This document shows positions 11,501 to 20,645 of a stretch of 64,000 bases of DNA, one piece after another. The DNA is from a virus. The translations under genes were made by a program, and so were the position numbers. Each line of letters starts with the position of its first letter. The first letter of the stretch is position 1. The stretch lies in IMG/VR virus record IMGVR_UViG_3300010401_000002, positions 15,365-79,364 of that record, one strand, 5' to 3'. The notes below the pieces were generated by a model. That model made no database searches. It was not told the origin of the DNA and saw only the letters and a list, made by a program, of their open reading frames with translations.

Positions 11501-13930
11501 GACAAACGACCACTTGCCGACAGGAGAAAATCTGCATTGGATAAGACTAAGCAAACGTTACAAAATCAGATTAACGATTTAACTAAGGCGGTTGAAGACG
11601 ATAAGATTATTCGCAGAGAAAGAAATAATGTTACGCTTGATGAAGCCGCAGACAATTTGGTTAAACTACGTGACGAAGCAAAAGAAATCTACAAGGAACA
11701 TTTTGGCGATGAACTGAAAGCGATTGATGATGCACGTAAAATTAAAACCGTACAGCAGGCATTAGATAAACTTAATAAGCGTATTGAGAAAGGTGACTTT
11801 ACAGATAAGGTTACAGAAAAGACAACCAACGCAGATTTGATTGCTATACGTGAACAGTTAAAAGATGCACATAAAAAGTTTGCTGAACTACGTGAGATTG
11901 CCGACCCCGAATACAACAATCGTAAATACAATGAACGATTAGAAAACGCCTATAACAAACTTGCAAAGAAATATGCAGAGCGTGACGAGAATCAGCAATA
12001 TGCCAATAAAGCAAAAACCACGCAGGTTATAAGCGATAAAACATTTGCAGCATGGAAAGCAAAAGAGGCGGCAAAACGAGCATTTGAGCGAAATAAATTA
12101 AGGTGGGAACGCGATAACCAAACGCGGCCAATGAAGATTGCTACAAGGGTATTGAGGTATATTCGGCAAGGCGCAATTTCCCGCCCAAGTGCAATATTAA
12201 AGTTAGGTGCATTTGCCTTACAAGAAGTTGCTTTTAAACCGTTAATTGACAGAGGTATTGCAAGAGGCATAACCAAAACAATATTTCCAAAATTAGCGAA
12301 ATCGGTTTGGGAAGGTCAGCATATACCTATTTCAGAAGAAGTAAAAACCATGAAAGCAACATGGGATAAATTTGGTGAAGAAGCAGTAAAGATTTGGAAA
12401 ACAGGTGAAGGCAGCATTGATGTTGCAGGCAAGAAAGTTCACTTAGAACCATCGCTTATTGAAACGTTTGGTATAATACACACGATAGAAAAGTCTTTGA
12501 TTAAAAATACCACATTTGGATTATCATTTCAAACAAGACTTGAAATGGCAAGACGCAATGGCGAACCTGTTGATAATGAAGCCTATCAGTTTGCTATATG
12601 GAAGGATGCCTTAAAAGATGCAAACCGTTCAATATTATTAGGTGATAATTATGCAATGAATATGTATAAGCGGGCTTTTCAGATTACAGGAAAAGAAAAC
12701 CCTACTGAATACGCTGCAAAATTCTTAGCCAATTTCTTAATGCCTGTTGTAAAGGTTGGAACTAATTTTACACTACAATCTTATGAAAGAAGTTTTGGAA
12801 CATATACAGGTACAGCGAAATACATTATTCATAAAGCCCTTGCAGAAACAGGACAAACGGCATTAGAGAAAATGACACCCGCACAGCGCGAAAGAACCTA
12901 TCGTATGATTAATAACGGTATGATGGGCACTGCATTGGGCTTAATCGGTTGGTACGGCTATAAAAACATTGGCGGTTATTATATACCTAACCAAAAGAAA
13001 AAGGATAGTGATGTAAAAGAAGGTGATATTAAATTAACCGATAGCATGACTATCCCACACCTGCTACTTCATAATCCACGTCTTGCACCTTTACTTATCG
13101 GGGCAACAGCGCATAAGATTTTGGATTATCAATTAAAGAAGGGTAAAATAAAAGATGCTGATTATAAAGATGTTCTTAGCGGTTTGTATGCTGCAAGTTT
13201 AGGTATATACGAAGAAAACCCTTTTGCGGTAAGCGGGGAACATCTATCAAAACTTACTGATATGAGCAATATCGGAACCAATGCCACTGATTTATTAGTT
13301 AAGCCTTTTATACCGGGAGTGATTCAGGAACTTGCCGTACAGCATGACAATTATATTAACGGCAAAGGTACATGGGCAAATCTGAAAACAGGTAATTTAA
13401 TGGAACGTAAAGCACATTCGCCTACAGAAGATTTAGAACTTGCAATACCTTATTTAAGAGAAAATGTAACGGCAGGGAGTTCTTATCCTATTAGTGATAC
13501 CGCAAAGAAAATGTTTGAAGATAATGATGTGCCATTACCTACCCGTTTCAAACCCACCAAAGACCCCGAAACAAACGAGCCGTCCGCAACAATTCAAGGT
13601 GTGCATATACCTATTAATGAGGAGCAGGCTAAAGCGGTGGATAAGGAGATGGAGCAGATTATAACGAAAGAGGTTGAGGCAAGGACGAAAGGCGCAGGTA
13701 AATTTCCCGAAATAAATTCATCACATAAAGAGCATGAAGTAAAGAAGGCTATGCTGAAAGGATTGTCTGCAAAAACTTTAAAAGATGAAATCGCTGACAT
13801 AAAGGAACGAGCGAAAGAAGTTGCGCTGGTAAGATTAGGTTATGCTACCAAAGAAGCAATCAAAGCTGGCATCAAAGAAAATAAGGCAGAAGCGAAAAAT
13901 AAAGCTGATGAATTAAAGCATAATAAATGA
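5507..13930 (+). CDS. Giant polyvalent virion/ejection protein with TPRs and ADP-ribosyltransferase-like domain
   Basis: 2807 aa. TPR consensus at nt ~6269-6640; ART-like LYR...SFTT...QYE at nt ~8426-8626; long coiled coils; helical C-terminal region. Confidence 0.7.
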   Translation: MAEVLDAPVQEAPQTDKLGQLYSALKSDPTYTNVLPDEKAFRETMNNPEKASALHDVLLQDETYKSVVPKDFADFAGTLELGKKEQPATPQEPQQQPLIQKINSPKIGVEKNPFLKPSDNNGMAADMKQMTATGNPMPEIKNALQGAIINHSAAGLKDLGVELPDLNPKDINPEKQGFEKSYSDKLVKSFTDSQQLKDEILDSPNYQQKIANEVSKKYSVPQQDVLNYISKVNDTKKDIRSNLADIALNPQNDKAYGELGNNYYGIGEYDNAEKAYMAALSVDPNSEGAKNGLGSVALQKKDYPTAVQMFRELASVNPNTDNISKLATAVYGTGDFAKAHELADAAVNAGGDMPDAYALKIRAVTNAVLGDNKQSIADTKASAEIEGMNEQQGGGYKDENGVPINEHQFTPDEIKQNNYARALEQFVDVAHAVIEGGFNLIPETIAAKAIIQIGTELSHYNDIKGDMAAKGFNERLSEDVARDVRIGFAAATVFSPGILKFAQQMQVADMVLPSQVLAGVMQPISSLTNEGASNAAKNWAQVGDVIASLLIFHGANELGSKGYNRAIELGEKIKGNIALTKQDVADIADGFNGITPATVFAIDKNIAENGGINIDKKAVDKSLISNDQLEPESKQATIPPADQKELSDFAKEKARINAEYEKDWDGLSDEEVKKHQDDNEAVIEKRNEIFDKYATDAEKKQLAKLGKQTIIEKLKKRKADAYFRKDNYIEDVVDRIVKENVGEDIGAEESKPENTIENKVDDAVEARIERRLKNRNLTEAKGSTFYEDTNLKNAKVGDEIHFSQRENGEWKDYKTKVKSIVDGKIIFENGKTEDDVSSYMNITAEDAWFAKNHPELTLDKSSQSESKVEPATQEPIPETASAEPEKKSLAGVKQEGEGKAMNSDLENRVFEHDGDIKSEIKAIDKAQHERGNVYYLDSTTLKNAPKETLDEIKAAYKPVIDKIKSEHGSDEISLYRSQETFPSGLIHNGEFLSFTTRPSFAKYWNKEKMYRDFPLWSFIAEVKVPFDDIVLPKTNLGQYEFVVENKGKTKEYFEKQIEIKKQELAAVGLNQKSDSGHLELAIKEGRFQKAISEGKMKQSDAIELIEGAGLEVPEDIKPAANKESAQVAEETPLKSDVTEPVSSSSTSEKPTPDESRQFAIDFVNHDLVEVQKAPTKTKGENNRPSGTNTAARLDLGMSNEEKISAIKQIKSGKYDGVAAKKLLDKLIDMHQRDDFAFIQGTGGNTEMVQDRPTRQNLHEAIEIAKLTDSEYDKQAELDNKIADHIAEHGITTVEDVTALEGFPLSHEDAELIKEYLKSKTDGTDKESTNTESVESSSKSKDTSAKSKEVEDDPNRRKAEADYESELADKQKAVDDAKSDYDKALKKINKSGNVLFENVMGVEADVQHNPEAAIKPFKEKLDKAKGLLSEFENNKDKYIDERYKNQQDLFNQKQLKETEATNAIQEQSTTKVSGSEPPKGSESKGVGESNKLQEVAGEGEAGKEKVTPPKPKLKFKRNTEKISNLDDEIKSLITKSRGETNTLVNFGDAVKVVAKLIERGIYKAEDIAKYLIERGYNDVVPHIKDALKHIKENFELDPEVKTALNNDALQQGQTGVRHADVDVDAELMGMNPVEKMQAIPRIESEQSARKIYESQNMAAKVIDLNEKPRPINNDEQGALQLYIAELKRKSAAIFDQWQQAKLADNTELADELKIQLDDIRDGQLTPAWQALKNTRSQAARTLGNWERAVGGEMQFEDLRMDYMRAKNVTEVPPEIEAQLKKAADEYAELEKKYNDALAEDQAKAAKIAAQEKLLAEKREQEREYVKQKIKSRHVEKAQQVKEIDERIDKLKERARVVLKKSLGQMHDLGGALKTSLEFADVVKDIVNEHIKKGLIEGKVKFEDIIDKAHQDLHEIFEDITTRDIHEIYSDYGVVKKPRVDDLAKAKREIKAEAFYASATAEAKEGTPPFKRVNPGKESPNVRAARQEMEEAMKNSGIEWDKRPLADRRKSALDKTKQTLQNQINDLTKAVEDDKIIRRERNNVTLDEAADNLVKLRDEAKEIYKEHFGDELKAIDDARKIKTVQQALDKLNKRIEKGDFTDKVTEKTTNADLIAIREQLKDAHKKFAELREIADPEYNNRKYNERLENAYNKLAKKYAERDENQQYANKAKTTQVISDKTFAAWKAKEAAKRAFERNKLRWERDNQTRPMKIATRVLRYIRQGAISRPSAILKLGAFALQEVAFKPLIDRGIARGITKTIFPKLAKSVWEGQHIPISEEVKTMKATWDKFGEEAVKIWKTGEGSIDVAGKKVHLEPSLIETFGIIHTIEKSLIKNTTFGLSFQTRLEMARRNGEPVDNEAYQFAIWKDALKDANRSILLGDNYAMNMYKRAFQITGKENPTEYAAKFLANFLMPVVKVGTNFTLQSYERSFGTYTGTAKYIIHKALAETGQTALEKMTPAQRERTYRMINNGMMGTALGLIGWYGYKNIGGYYIPNQKKKDSDVKEGDIKLTDSMTIPHLLLHNPRLAPLLIGATAHKILDYQLKKGKIKDADYKDVLSGLYAASLGIYEENPFAVSGEHLSKLTDMSNIGTNATDLLVKPFIPGVIQELAVQHDNYINGKGTWANLKTGNLMERKAHSPTEDLELAIPYLRENVTAGSSYPISDTAKKMFEDNDVPLPTRFKPTKDPETNEPSATIQGVHIPINEEQAKAVDKEMEQIITKEVEARTKGAGKFPEINSSHKEHEVKKAMLKGLSAKTLKDEIADIKERAKEVALVRLGYATKEAIKAGIKENKAEAKNKADELKHNK
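9468..9605 (+). CDS. Candidate nested 45-aa basic protein (+1 frame inside giant gene)
   Basis: ATG after an A/T-rich tract; MEQTKKAPTQNQLKVAAKAKILLQKAKKWKMTQTGEKPKQIMNQN*; the host frame here is a low-complexity S/T/E/K linker. Confidence 0.35.
   Translation: MEQTKKAPTQNQLKVAAKAKILLQKAKKWKMTQTGEKPKQIMNQN
9888..10022 (+). CDS. Nested 44-aa MPFKSKAQ-type small phage protein (+1 frame inside giant gene)
   Basis: GGAGG at 9877-9881; MPFKSKAQQRYLEANHPKGVNLKEWEKATNFKKLPEKVKPGKKK*, matching from recall a small phage protein pattern MPFKSxAQxR..W...KLP. Confidence 0.65.
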   Translation: MPFKSKAQQRYLEANHPKGVNLKEWEKATNFKKLPEKVKPGKKK

Positions 13931-14271
13931 TAACAAAATCAGAATTAAAAGAACTCAAAGCATTAGGCGAACAGCACGATGTTGTAAAGAAGTTGGTGGA
14001 TATGTTCGGTAGTCCAACAGTTGACGGATATTTAGCAGCGAGGGCTTTTTTTGATATGATGAATAAGCAGATTACCGAAAAGGCTGAAAACGGTGGGGAG
14101 TATTCAGCAAGCGATAAAGATAACAAGGAATACGAACGCCACTTAGCTTACATCAAACAGCGACCGCAACTTGCAAAAGATTTGGAGGCTGATTTAAGCA
14201 CGATTATAAAATCAGAAGATTTGAAGGCCGAAGCAAAATCGAAGTCAACAAGTAGTGCAGTGCATTTTTAA
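13927..14271 (+). CDS. Possible terminase small subunit
   Basis: 114-aa helical protein immediately upstream of TerL; ATGA overlap with the giant gene. Confidence 0.4.
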   Translation: MITKSELKELKALGEQHDVVKKLVDMFGSPTVDGYLAARAFFDMMNKQITEKAENGGEYSASDKDNKEYERHLAYIKQRPQLAKDLEADLSTIIKSEDLKAEAKSKSTSSAVHF

Positions 14272-14294
14272 CGGGCATCGTCCCAATATCCTAT

Positions 14295-16205
14295 ATGGAA
14301 CAAATTCAGAAAGAAGGCCATTTTAAAAACGGCAAAAAAGCACCTCCACGATTATTAGAGCGAACGGTTAAGCCCGACTTTTCAAAATCAAATCATCCAT
14401 TATTAGAGAAAGAAAAGTTCTGGACAAATCAAAAGCAACGTTGGATTGAAGGAACTTATGTAGAGAATGATTACGGTGCGTGGCGTGTGCCGGGGTTAAG
14501 TATCTTCAACTACGACCAAGTAATAATCAAGAACAGAAATTCAGGTAAGCGCGAACCGTATGATTTAAGGGATGGAAGTTTACTTTTACATCAAACAATA
14601 GAAAAAAACTTCCAAGACCATTTAGGGACGGCTGTACTTAAAGCACGTTTGGTAGGATTTAGCACAGACCTTTATGGTGGATTCCCGTTTTGGCTTTGGA
14701 AAACAAACCCCGGTGCGTCAATTTCGGCAACGGCAAAAAACAAGGAGCTACTTGCAGAACTTTTTAAGGACAAAACCATATTTGCAGGGGAGCGATTAGA
14801 TAAAGATATTATTGATTTCAGAAAAAGAAAGACGGGTAAAACTGCGGATGATAACTATGGCGATATACTTTTAAAAAATCAAACCAAAGACAGTGCTTAT
14901 GTGCAGGTTGAACTAAAGTACAAAAATGAATTAGGCGACCCCGAAGAAATTTCAAGCCAAATGAGTTTCGTAGACACCAACCAATCATTAGAAAAGGCAT
15001 CAGGGTTTTCAGGAACAGGGGCATTAGCTTTATTGTTTGATGAATTTTTCCTGCATAAATTTCCTGCGCAAACAATTCAGTCAGCAATCAACACACTATT
15101 AGACCCTAACAGCAAGAAACTTAATGCTTACATGGTATGTGGTGGAACCTGCGAAAATACGGTAAGCGCAGAAAACTTAGCAATACTTTATACCCTTTGG
15201 ACAAAATTAGAATCGCTATCATTAAGGCCGTTGTTTATTCCTGCCCATTACGGATACGAGTGCGTTAATGGATGGAGTGATGTTGAGGCTTATAAAGAGT
15301 TTGACGAACAGGAGCGAGAAAAGTTCACACGACTAAAAGACCAAGAGGGGTTAATAGCACATTGTAAGAATCATTGTCTTACCCAAGATGATGTTTGGCA
15401 ATTCGCAAAGTCAGCAGTGTTTGAAGAAGATGTTGCAAAACTTATTGAGAACCAAATAAAAGTAGCGCAACTATCAACTGAATATCAGGCAAGGAAAATA
15501 ACTCTTAATAATGTTGGCGGCAATATCGAATTAACCAACAGCAAAGAGTTTCTGGATATGTACGAAATGATTGAACCTGTACGCCCCGGTGCTTTATACT
15601 ACGCAACATTAGACGGAACAGCAACAGGCTTTAAGTCAGGCGCGCCCGAAGGCAGCAAGGCAGCAGCGATGATTATAAAGGGTAAAGACCAATCGAGCAA
15701 AATAGAATGTTGCCCTGTAATGTGGTGGATACACAGACCGCAAAGAGTGATGGATAGTTACAGGGCACTTGTCAACATGGTTCGTTACTATGATAAATTT
15801 GGCGGGTTCAGATTAATTTCAGCAGAAGCCAACGCAGCAACGGCAGAACACCTTACAGAGTTTCTCTTGAATGAAGCATTAGGGAAATTTATTTTATACA
15901 AGGCTAACGGAAAACCATTTTATAGCAGGCTTACGGAACTAAAAATATCACAGTTCCTTTGGGCTAATCCGTTTTTAAGAAAATATATTCAGCATTTTTT
16001 TTGTTTACCACTGCTACATGATTTAGCAAGTAAAGACGGCAAAGGCGATGCAATGGATAGCTTCTTAATGGGACAGCCGCTATTTCCAATAGGTTTTGAT
16101 GAAGTTGCGCCAAAGAAAGAAAAACGTGTTATAGAAAAATCGGTTCTTAAACGTGTTCGTGGTAGAATGATGTGGGTTATAGAAAGAAGGACGGTTAATG
16201 CGTGA
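14295..16205 (+). CDS. terL: Terminase large subunit (crAss-like)
   Basis: Walker A-like VLKARLVGFS, Walker B LLFDE, coupling motif GGT, RNase H-fold acidic residues (YATLDG, SAEAN, DAMD). Confidence 0.88.
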   Translation: MEQIQKEGHFKNGKKAPPRLLERTVKPDFSKSNHPLLEKEKFWTNQKQRWIEGTYVENDYGAWRVPGLSIFNYDQVIIKNRNSGKREPYDLRDGSLLLHQTIEKNFQDHLGTAVLKARLVGFSTDLYGGFPFWLWKTNPGASISATAKNKELLAELFKDKTIFAGERLDKDIIDFRKRKTGKTADDNYGDILLKNQTKDSAYVQVELKYKNELGDPEEISSQMSFVDTNQSLEKASGFSGTGALALLFDEFFLHKFPAQTIQSAINTLLDPNSKKLNAYMVCGGTCENTVSAENLAILYTLWTKLESLSLRPLFIPAHYGYECVNGWSDVEAYKEFDEQEREKFTRLKDQEGLIAHCKNHCLTQDDVWQFAKSAVFEEDVAKLIENQIKVAQLSTEYQARKITLNNVGGNIELTNSKEFLDMYEMIEPVRPGALYYATLDGTATGFKSGAPEGSKAAAMIIKGKDQSSKIECCPVMWWIHRPQRVMDSYRALVNMVRYYDKFGGFRLISAEANAATAEHLTEFLLNEALGKFILYKANGKPFYSRLTELKISQFLWANPFLRKYIQHFFCLPLLHDLASKDGKGDAMDSFLMGQPLFPIGFDEVAPKKEKRVIEKSVLKRVRGRMMWVIERRTVNA

Positions 16206-16251
16206 AAACTAAAAGGCTAAGCAGTACCGAACGTCAATACTGTTTAGCCTT
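16205..16251 (-). terminator. Intrinsic terminator hairpin (U-tract on minus strand; possibly bidirectional)
   Basis: 14-bp stem AAGGCTAAGCAGTA (16213-16226) / TACTGTTTAGCCTT (16238-16251); the minus strand continues TTTTAGTTTT. Confidence 0.65.
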
Positions 16252-16337
16252 ACGTTGAGAGGTAGTGTCTCTTCATCTCCCAAATTTGTTTGTACAAACT
16301 ATGCGCAAACATTCACCATGTTTACCATATAGCGGTG

Positions 16338-16365
16338 CAAAGGTAAGAACTTTTCAATACCTTTG
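16338..16365. promoter_or_regulatory. Back-to-back Bacteroidota -7 promoter elements
   Basis: TACCTTTG on + at 16358-16365 (towards portal) and on - at 16338-16345; both match TAnnTTTG. Confidence 0.6.
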
Positions 16366-16437
16366 TATCTAATTGCCAACGTGCAGGGCGGTCTGTCCCA
16401 AAGAAAAGAATCTTTTATTAAAACATTATTCTCTTAG

Positions 16438-18843
16438 ATGGACGCACAGAATTACGCCACCGCAACGGTACGCACAGCACTCCCATACGCCACAGACGTA
16501 AAAAATTTAGAATTTATCGAATGTAAGCGTCAACCGCTATACGTTACCGAAGCGTATAAGTTTGCTAAAAACTGTTACGGGCAAAGTCAATATTTTTTAA
16601 ACGTTGCCCGCAATCAGGTAAAAGACTGCTACAATATTCGCGTTGATGTAAATACTATTGAATCGTCTGTAACGGAAGGTATTAACAGGGGCATTGTCAG
16701 AACCCGCATACACGAAGAAGTAAAAGAGAACAGGGATTTTTATTATGGATTGCAGAATGACAACCTCATGGCGTGGAGTGCGAACAATCTTTCCATCAGC
16801 GTACCGGGTCAAGACTTAAAGAAGTACATTAATCACATGGACGGTGTTCAAACCGCAATGATTAAGCCTATTAAAAAAGGAATAAACACCACCATACTTG
16901 ACAGTAGTTCCATTGAAAAAAAGAAAGGATTCTTAACCCTATGCCACTTGATTATTGACAACAGGGATTTGTTTAAAGAAATGGAGGCAAAAGGTGTTGT
17001 TATACGAAACCCGTTTGCTGAAATAATTCCCAATATAACCGATATTGAAATTGAAGATATAAAAGATATTGAGGATGCTTGGCGTGATGAATACGAAATT
17101 GAATCTGAAATATTCCTTAACAACCTGTATCAGTTTTATGATATGGAGGAATGTTTTTTAAGGCAGTCAAAAACAAATCTAATTGAGGGTGTTTCAACAA
17201 TCATTTTGGAAGATGATGGATTGTATTACAAGCCTGTACAGGTAAATGCTATACAGGCAATGATTGATATTGATTGCAACGACCAATATGGCCGCGACAT
17301 GATGCGGTGGGGATATGTTGACTATTTGACTTACGAAGATGTGTGTGCCTTAGTTCCTGATATGGACAAGGATATGAAAGCCGATATTTATAACCTATGT
17401 TATACCAACGACCAGCAAACAACAGATTGCTTAAACTATCTTCAAGCAGGCTTTGACAATATAAAATGGATAAACCCTGATAATAAACGAATAGCTGTTG
17501 TGAAAGGATGGTTTATTGCGCCACGTAATAAGCGTTATAAGGAGCGTGAAACAAAATTTGGTGATAGTTACATTGATATAATTGAAAACGAAAGAAAATA
17601 CACCAACAGGTTTTTAGATGTTCCGCAACCCGATGGTGTATTAGGCGCTGATATACGCGGTGATTTTGACGAGTGGGATATTCATAAGTATATGATGATA
17701 CTTAATAAGTATGTGTTTAATTATGGTTATGAAAGAATTGTTTATCGCACTACACAGGAAAAATGGAAGCCACAGCCTAATGCAATTCAATTTATACACG
17801 ACCGTTCACAGGCAATGTTTCGTTCACCTGCTGGACGTTTAAAATGGAATCAATTAGAAAAAGACAGGCTAAAGAAAAAGATTGTTCAACTTACTGCAAA
17901 AGATAAGGGTCGCAATCTTATGGTTTATGCTGATGAACTCACAGATGGATTAAAAGGTCTGATTGAAGATTTTGATGCACAAGGTATATCATTGAAGTTA
18001 TCACCCAAAGTTGACCATAATCCGCAGGGGAATAACAATCAGATTAATACTGTTTCGGAGGTGGTGGATTTATCGCTCTCAAACACTGTGTTGTCTTACT
18101 TAGAGCTTATCCGTTCGGAGAAACAGGAGATGAATGAAATTGCAGGGATTTCAGAGATTCAGCTTGGTCAGGATTCACAGACTATGGGCAAAGGCGTGAG
18201 GGAGGCAAGAGTAGCGGCAAGTCAGCAAGGATTAGTGTCGCAGTATGAATCGTTTGGGAAGTTCTGTACTATTACATTGCAGAGGTTTTTTGATTATAAT
18301 AAGTTATGCCTTCCTCAAATCAAAAATGAGGAGAATCTTTTCATAAGCAAAAGAGGAGAGAATTTATTTGAGTTTACGAAGGAGTTAAGTACGGCACAAA
18401 TCACCTTGCATATTGATAGTGTGACTGAAATTGACCCCAAAGAAAAGGATGGTATAATCATGGCTGCGGGCGCAATGGCGCAGCAATCACAGTACTTACA
18501 GGACGTAGGTGTATCTCCTATGTTACCATTTCGGCTAATGCGGGCAACTAACACCGACATTGCGCTTGCGGAAGCAGAACGTTCCATTAGAAAATCACAA
18601 AAGAAATTTGCTGCAACACAAGCTGCTAAATTTAAGTCTGAACAAGATAATGCTGCACAAGCTAATCAAGTGCCTATACTTTTAGAAAAAATGAAACAGG
18701 ACAATGAAAATTGGCGCACCACCCAAACGAACGAGGTCAAAGCGATGACAGCGAAAATGGATAAGACTATGGAGTTTTTACAATTGCTTATGCAGCAACC
18801 GGAACCGGGGGATGGACAGCCTACGCAATCTCAACCCGCGTAG
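16438..18843 (+). CDS. Portal protein (crAss-like)
   Basis: 801 aa directly after TerL; helical, with EIAGISEIQLGQ crown-type segment and Gln-rich coiled C-terminus. Confidence 0.8.
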   Translation: MDAQNYATATVRTALPYATDVKNLEFIECKRQPLYVTEAYKFAKNCYGQSQYFLNVARNQVKDCYNIRVDVNTIESSVTEGINRGIVRTRIHEEVKENRDFYYGLQNDNLMAWSANNLSISVPGQDLKKYINHMDGVQTAMIKPIKKGINTTILDSSSIEKKKGFLTLCHLIIDNRDLFKEMEAKGVVIRNPFAEIIPNITDIEIEDIKDIEDAWRDEYEIESEIFLNNLYQFYDMEECFLRQSKTNLIEGVSTIILEDDGLYYKPVQVNAIQAMIDIDCNDQYGRDMMRWGYVDYLTYEDVCALVPDMDKDMKADIYNLCYTNDQQTTDCLNYLQAGFDNIKWINPDNKRIAVVKGWFIAPRNKRYKERETKFGDSYIDIIENERKYTNRFLDVPQPDGVLGADIRGDFDEWDIHKYMMILNKYVFNYGYERIVYRTTQEKWKPQPNAIQFIHDRSQAMFRSPAGRLKWNQLEKDRLKKKIVQLTAKDKGRNLMVYADELTDGLKGLIEDFDAQGISLKLSPKVDHNPQGNNNQINTVSEVVDLSLSNTVLSYLELIRSEKQEMNEIAGISEIQLGQDSQTMGKGVREARVAASQQGLVSQYESFGKFCTITLQRFFDYNKLCLPQIKNEENLFISKRGENLFEFTKELSTAQITLHIDSVTEIDPKEKDGIIMAAGAMAQQSQYLQDVGVSPMLPFRLMRATNTDIALAEAERSIRKSQKKFAATQAAKFKSEQDNAAQANQVPILLEKMKQDNENWRTTQTNEVKAMTAKMDKTMEFLQLLMQQPEPGDGQPTQSQPA

Positions 18844-19064
18844 TAAACTCCTTCAAATTTAGTCTTACTCCATTTATACAAAATGAAATTGCGTTCACTG
18901 TATTTCATGTAGCGAAAAAATTCGTGGTCTTGTTGCGCGGATTCAAGCTCCATATCCTTTGTGAATTGTTCTTTAACAGCCCAATTCTTACCATCAAAGA
19001 AAAGAACACCGCAATCGGGTGGAAGTAGTTCGGCTAATGTCGCTATGTAATATTTGGATTTCAT
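18831..19064 (-). CDS. Hypothetical protein
   Basis: Last gene of the coupled minus-strand operon. Confidence 0.5.
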   Translation of the reverse strand: MKSKYYIATLAELLPPDCGVLFFDGKNWAVKEQFTKDMELESAQQDHEFFRYMKYSERNFILYKWSKTKFEGVYYAG

Positions 19065-19537
19065 GCAGCAGAATCAGGCGGTGTAATCTCAATATTCCCC
19101 ATTAAAATTTTCAAAGCATTATTAGCCTTACGGTACTGTTCCAAATAATCAATCAATGTGTCATAGTTGATTTCTAATTCAGATGATGTTTCTTTAAGTA
19201 TTATAACTGATTTAGACTTGCAAACAAGTTGCGTTATTTTGTGGCGAATTTTATCACATTCGTGGTGCGCCATTCGTATATCATCAATATTAGTCAATGG
19301 AATTGTCTTATCTTCTGCATCATCTAATTCAATGAATTTATCCGAACCAGCAACTCCCATTCGGGTATTGCCTTTCTTGTAACCGCAATAAGGCTGTTCA
19401 GTATTGAACAATGGATAAATTTCATCTGTAATAACCCTCGCTAAGTGTGCAATTCCACCCGTAACGTTGAATCCAATAATGTTAGTCAATTTAGTTTCTA
19501 ATTCAATCTTTGTTAATGGTATCATATTATTTTTCAA
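19061..19537 (-). CDS. Hypothetical protein
   Basis: 158-aa ORF with overlapping stop/start junctions. Confidence 0.55.
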   Translation of the reverse strand: MKNNMIPLTKIELETKLTNIIGFNVTGGIAHLARVITDEIYPLFNTEQPYCGYKKGNTRMGVAGSDKFIELDDAEDKTIPLTNIDDIRMAHHECDKIRHKITQLVCKSKSVIILKETSSELEINYDTLIDYLEQYRKANNALKILMGNIEITPPDSAA

Positions 19538-19811
19538 TTATTGGGACTACTCCAAAGAAGTCGGTTAGTGATTGTATTTTATTTGCAAAATCTTTCTCTA
19601 AAACTATCTCACAGGATTGAACGCCAACTATGCCGTCCTTCTTATACATGACGCACACTCCATATTTACCTTTATCGTAAGCGCAGGAAATTAAATAATA
19701 TCTGTCGCTATGTTTAATAAGCGTTTTGTCAGGCAACGGGTTTACAATATTAGATTGCGCCTCTAATCTTTCTCTTACGGTTTCGCTAAAATATAATTCG
19801 TTATTTTTCAT
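19527..19811 (-). CDS. Hypothetical protein
   Basis: 94 aa, ATGA-coupled to the integrase. Confidence 0.55.
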   Translation of the reverse strand: MKNNELYFSETVRERLEAQSNIVNPLPDKTLIKHSDRYYLISCAYDKGKYGVCVMYKKDGIVGVQSCEIVLEKDFANKIQSLTDFFGVVPIIEK

Positions 19812-20644
19812 TTCTTATTCCTCCAAACATCATTAATCATAGTTGCGTGTTTAACCTGCGATGACCTAACATAGCGTAAAAAACTACTAACGTCCTTATG
19901 TCCCGTAACTGCCATTATTGTAACAGGGTCAACTTTTCTTTCGTATAGGTTCGTGCTAAATGACCTTCGACCTCCATGACTGCTAACCTTCATCGCCTTA
20001 TCTCCAATGCCAGCAGCGACACAACTCATTTTAATCCACTTGTCGAAAAAACTAATGCTTACTACGGGCATTTCACCGTTATATTTCTTTAATATCTTCT
20101 TAGCATAATCATGGATTGGCAGATACACGGATGTTTTCGTCTTAGTCTGTGTAACGCTGCAAACATTCTCACCATCCTTATACTTAATTTTAGTATAGTC
20201 GCTGAAACGACATCCGGTATAACTTAGCAGTATAAATATATCAGCACATTTCTGCTGACGTTCATCAAAGTATTTATGCTTGCGAAGCATATCAAGTTCT
20301 TTTTCGTTGAGGTGAAATGCTTGAGTTATGATAGATTTAACTCTCACCCCGGCAGTGTTGAGTTCTATCTTAGCCAACTTACATAATTGTTTAAGCGATA
20401 TTGATAACTGCACTATCGTATTCGGTGCATACTTCAATTTAGCAGCCCTTACAAACGCAGGATAACCAAACTCCCCTTCAAGCGAATAAAGAAATTTAAG
20501 CATACTCCTGTGGGCGTTGTAGTTCGACTTTGTAAACTCATTAGATGCAAAGACTTTCGCTAAAGTTGTTGCAATATCTTTGAATGAAGCAGTTGACTGT
20601 TCTACGGCTTCGGGGAGGGAGTATGTGGAGGTGGTGGTGAACAT
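19808..20644 (-). CDS. Tyrosine recombinase/integrase (no arm-binding domain)
   Basis: Complete R-K-HxxR-H-Y set: YTGCRFSD, QTKTK, SHGGRRSF, TGHK, FLRY. Confidence 0.92.
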   Translation of the reverse strand: MFTTTSTYSLPEAVEQSTASFKDIATTLAKVFASNEFTKSNYNAHRSMLKFLYSLEGEFGYPAFVRAAKLKYAPNTIVQLSISLKQLCKLAKIELNTAGVRVKSIITQAFHLNEKELDMLRKHKYFDERQQKCADIFILLSYTGCRFSDYTKIKYKDGENVCSVTQTKTKTSVYLPIHDYAKKILKKYNGEMPVVSISFFDKWIKMSCVAAGIGDKAMKVSSHGGRRSFSTNLYERKVDPVTIMAVTGHKDVSSFLRYVRSSQVKHATMINDVWRNKK

Positions 20645-20645
20645 A

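Noticed and set aside
5507-13930. Giant protein as virion RNA polymerase
   Set aside because: No DxDxD catalytic motif in a double-psi-barrel context was seen; SFDIDE occurs only in the tail protein.
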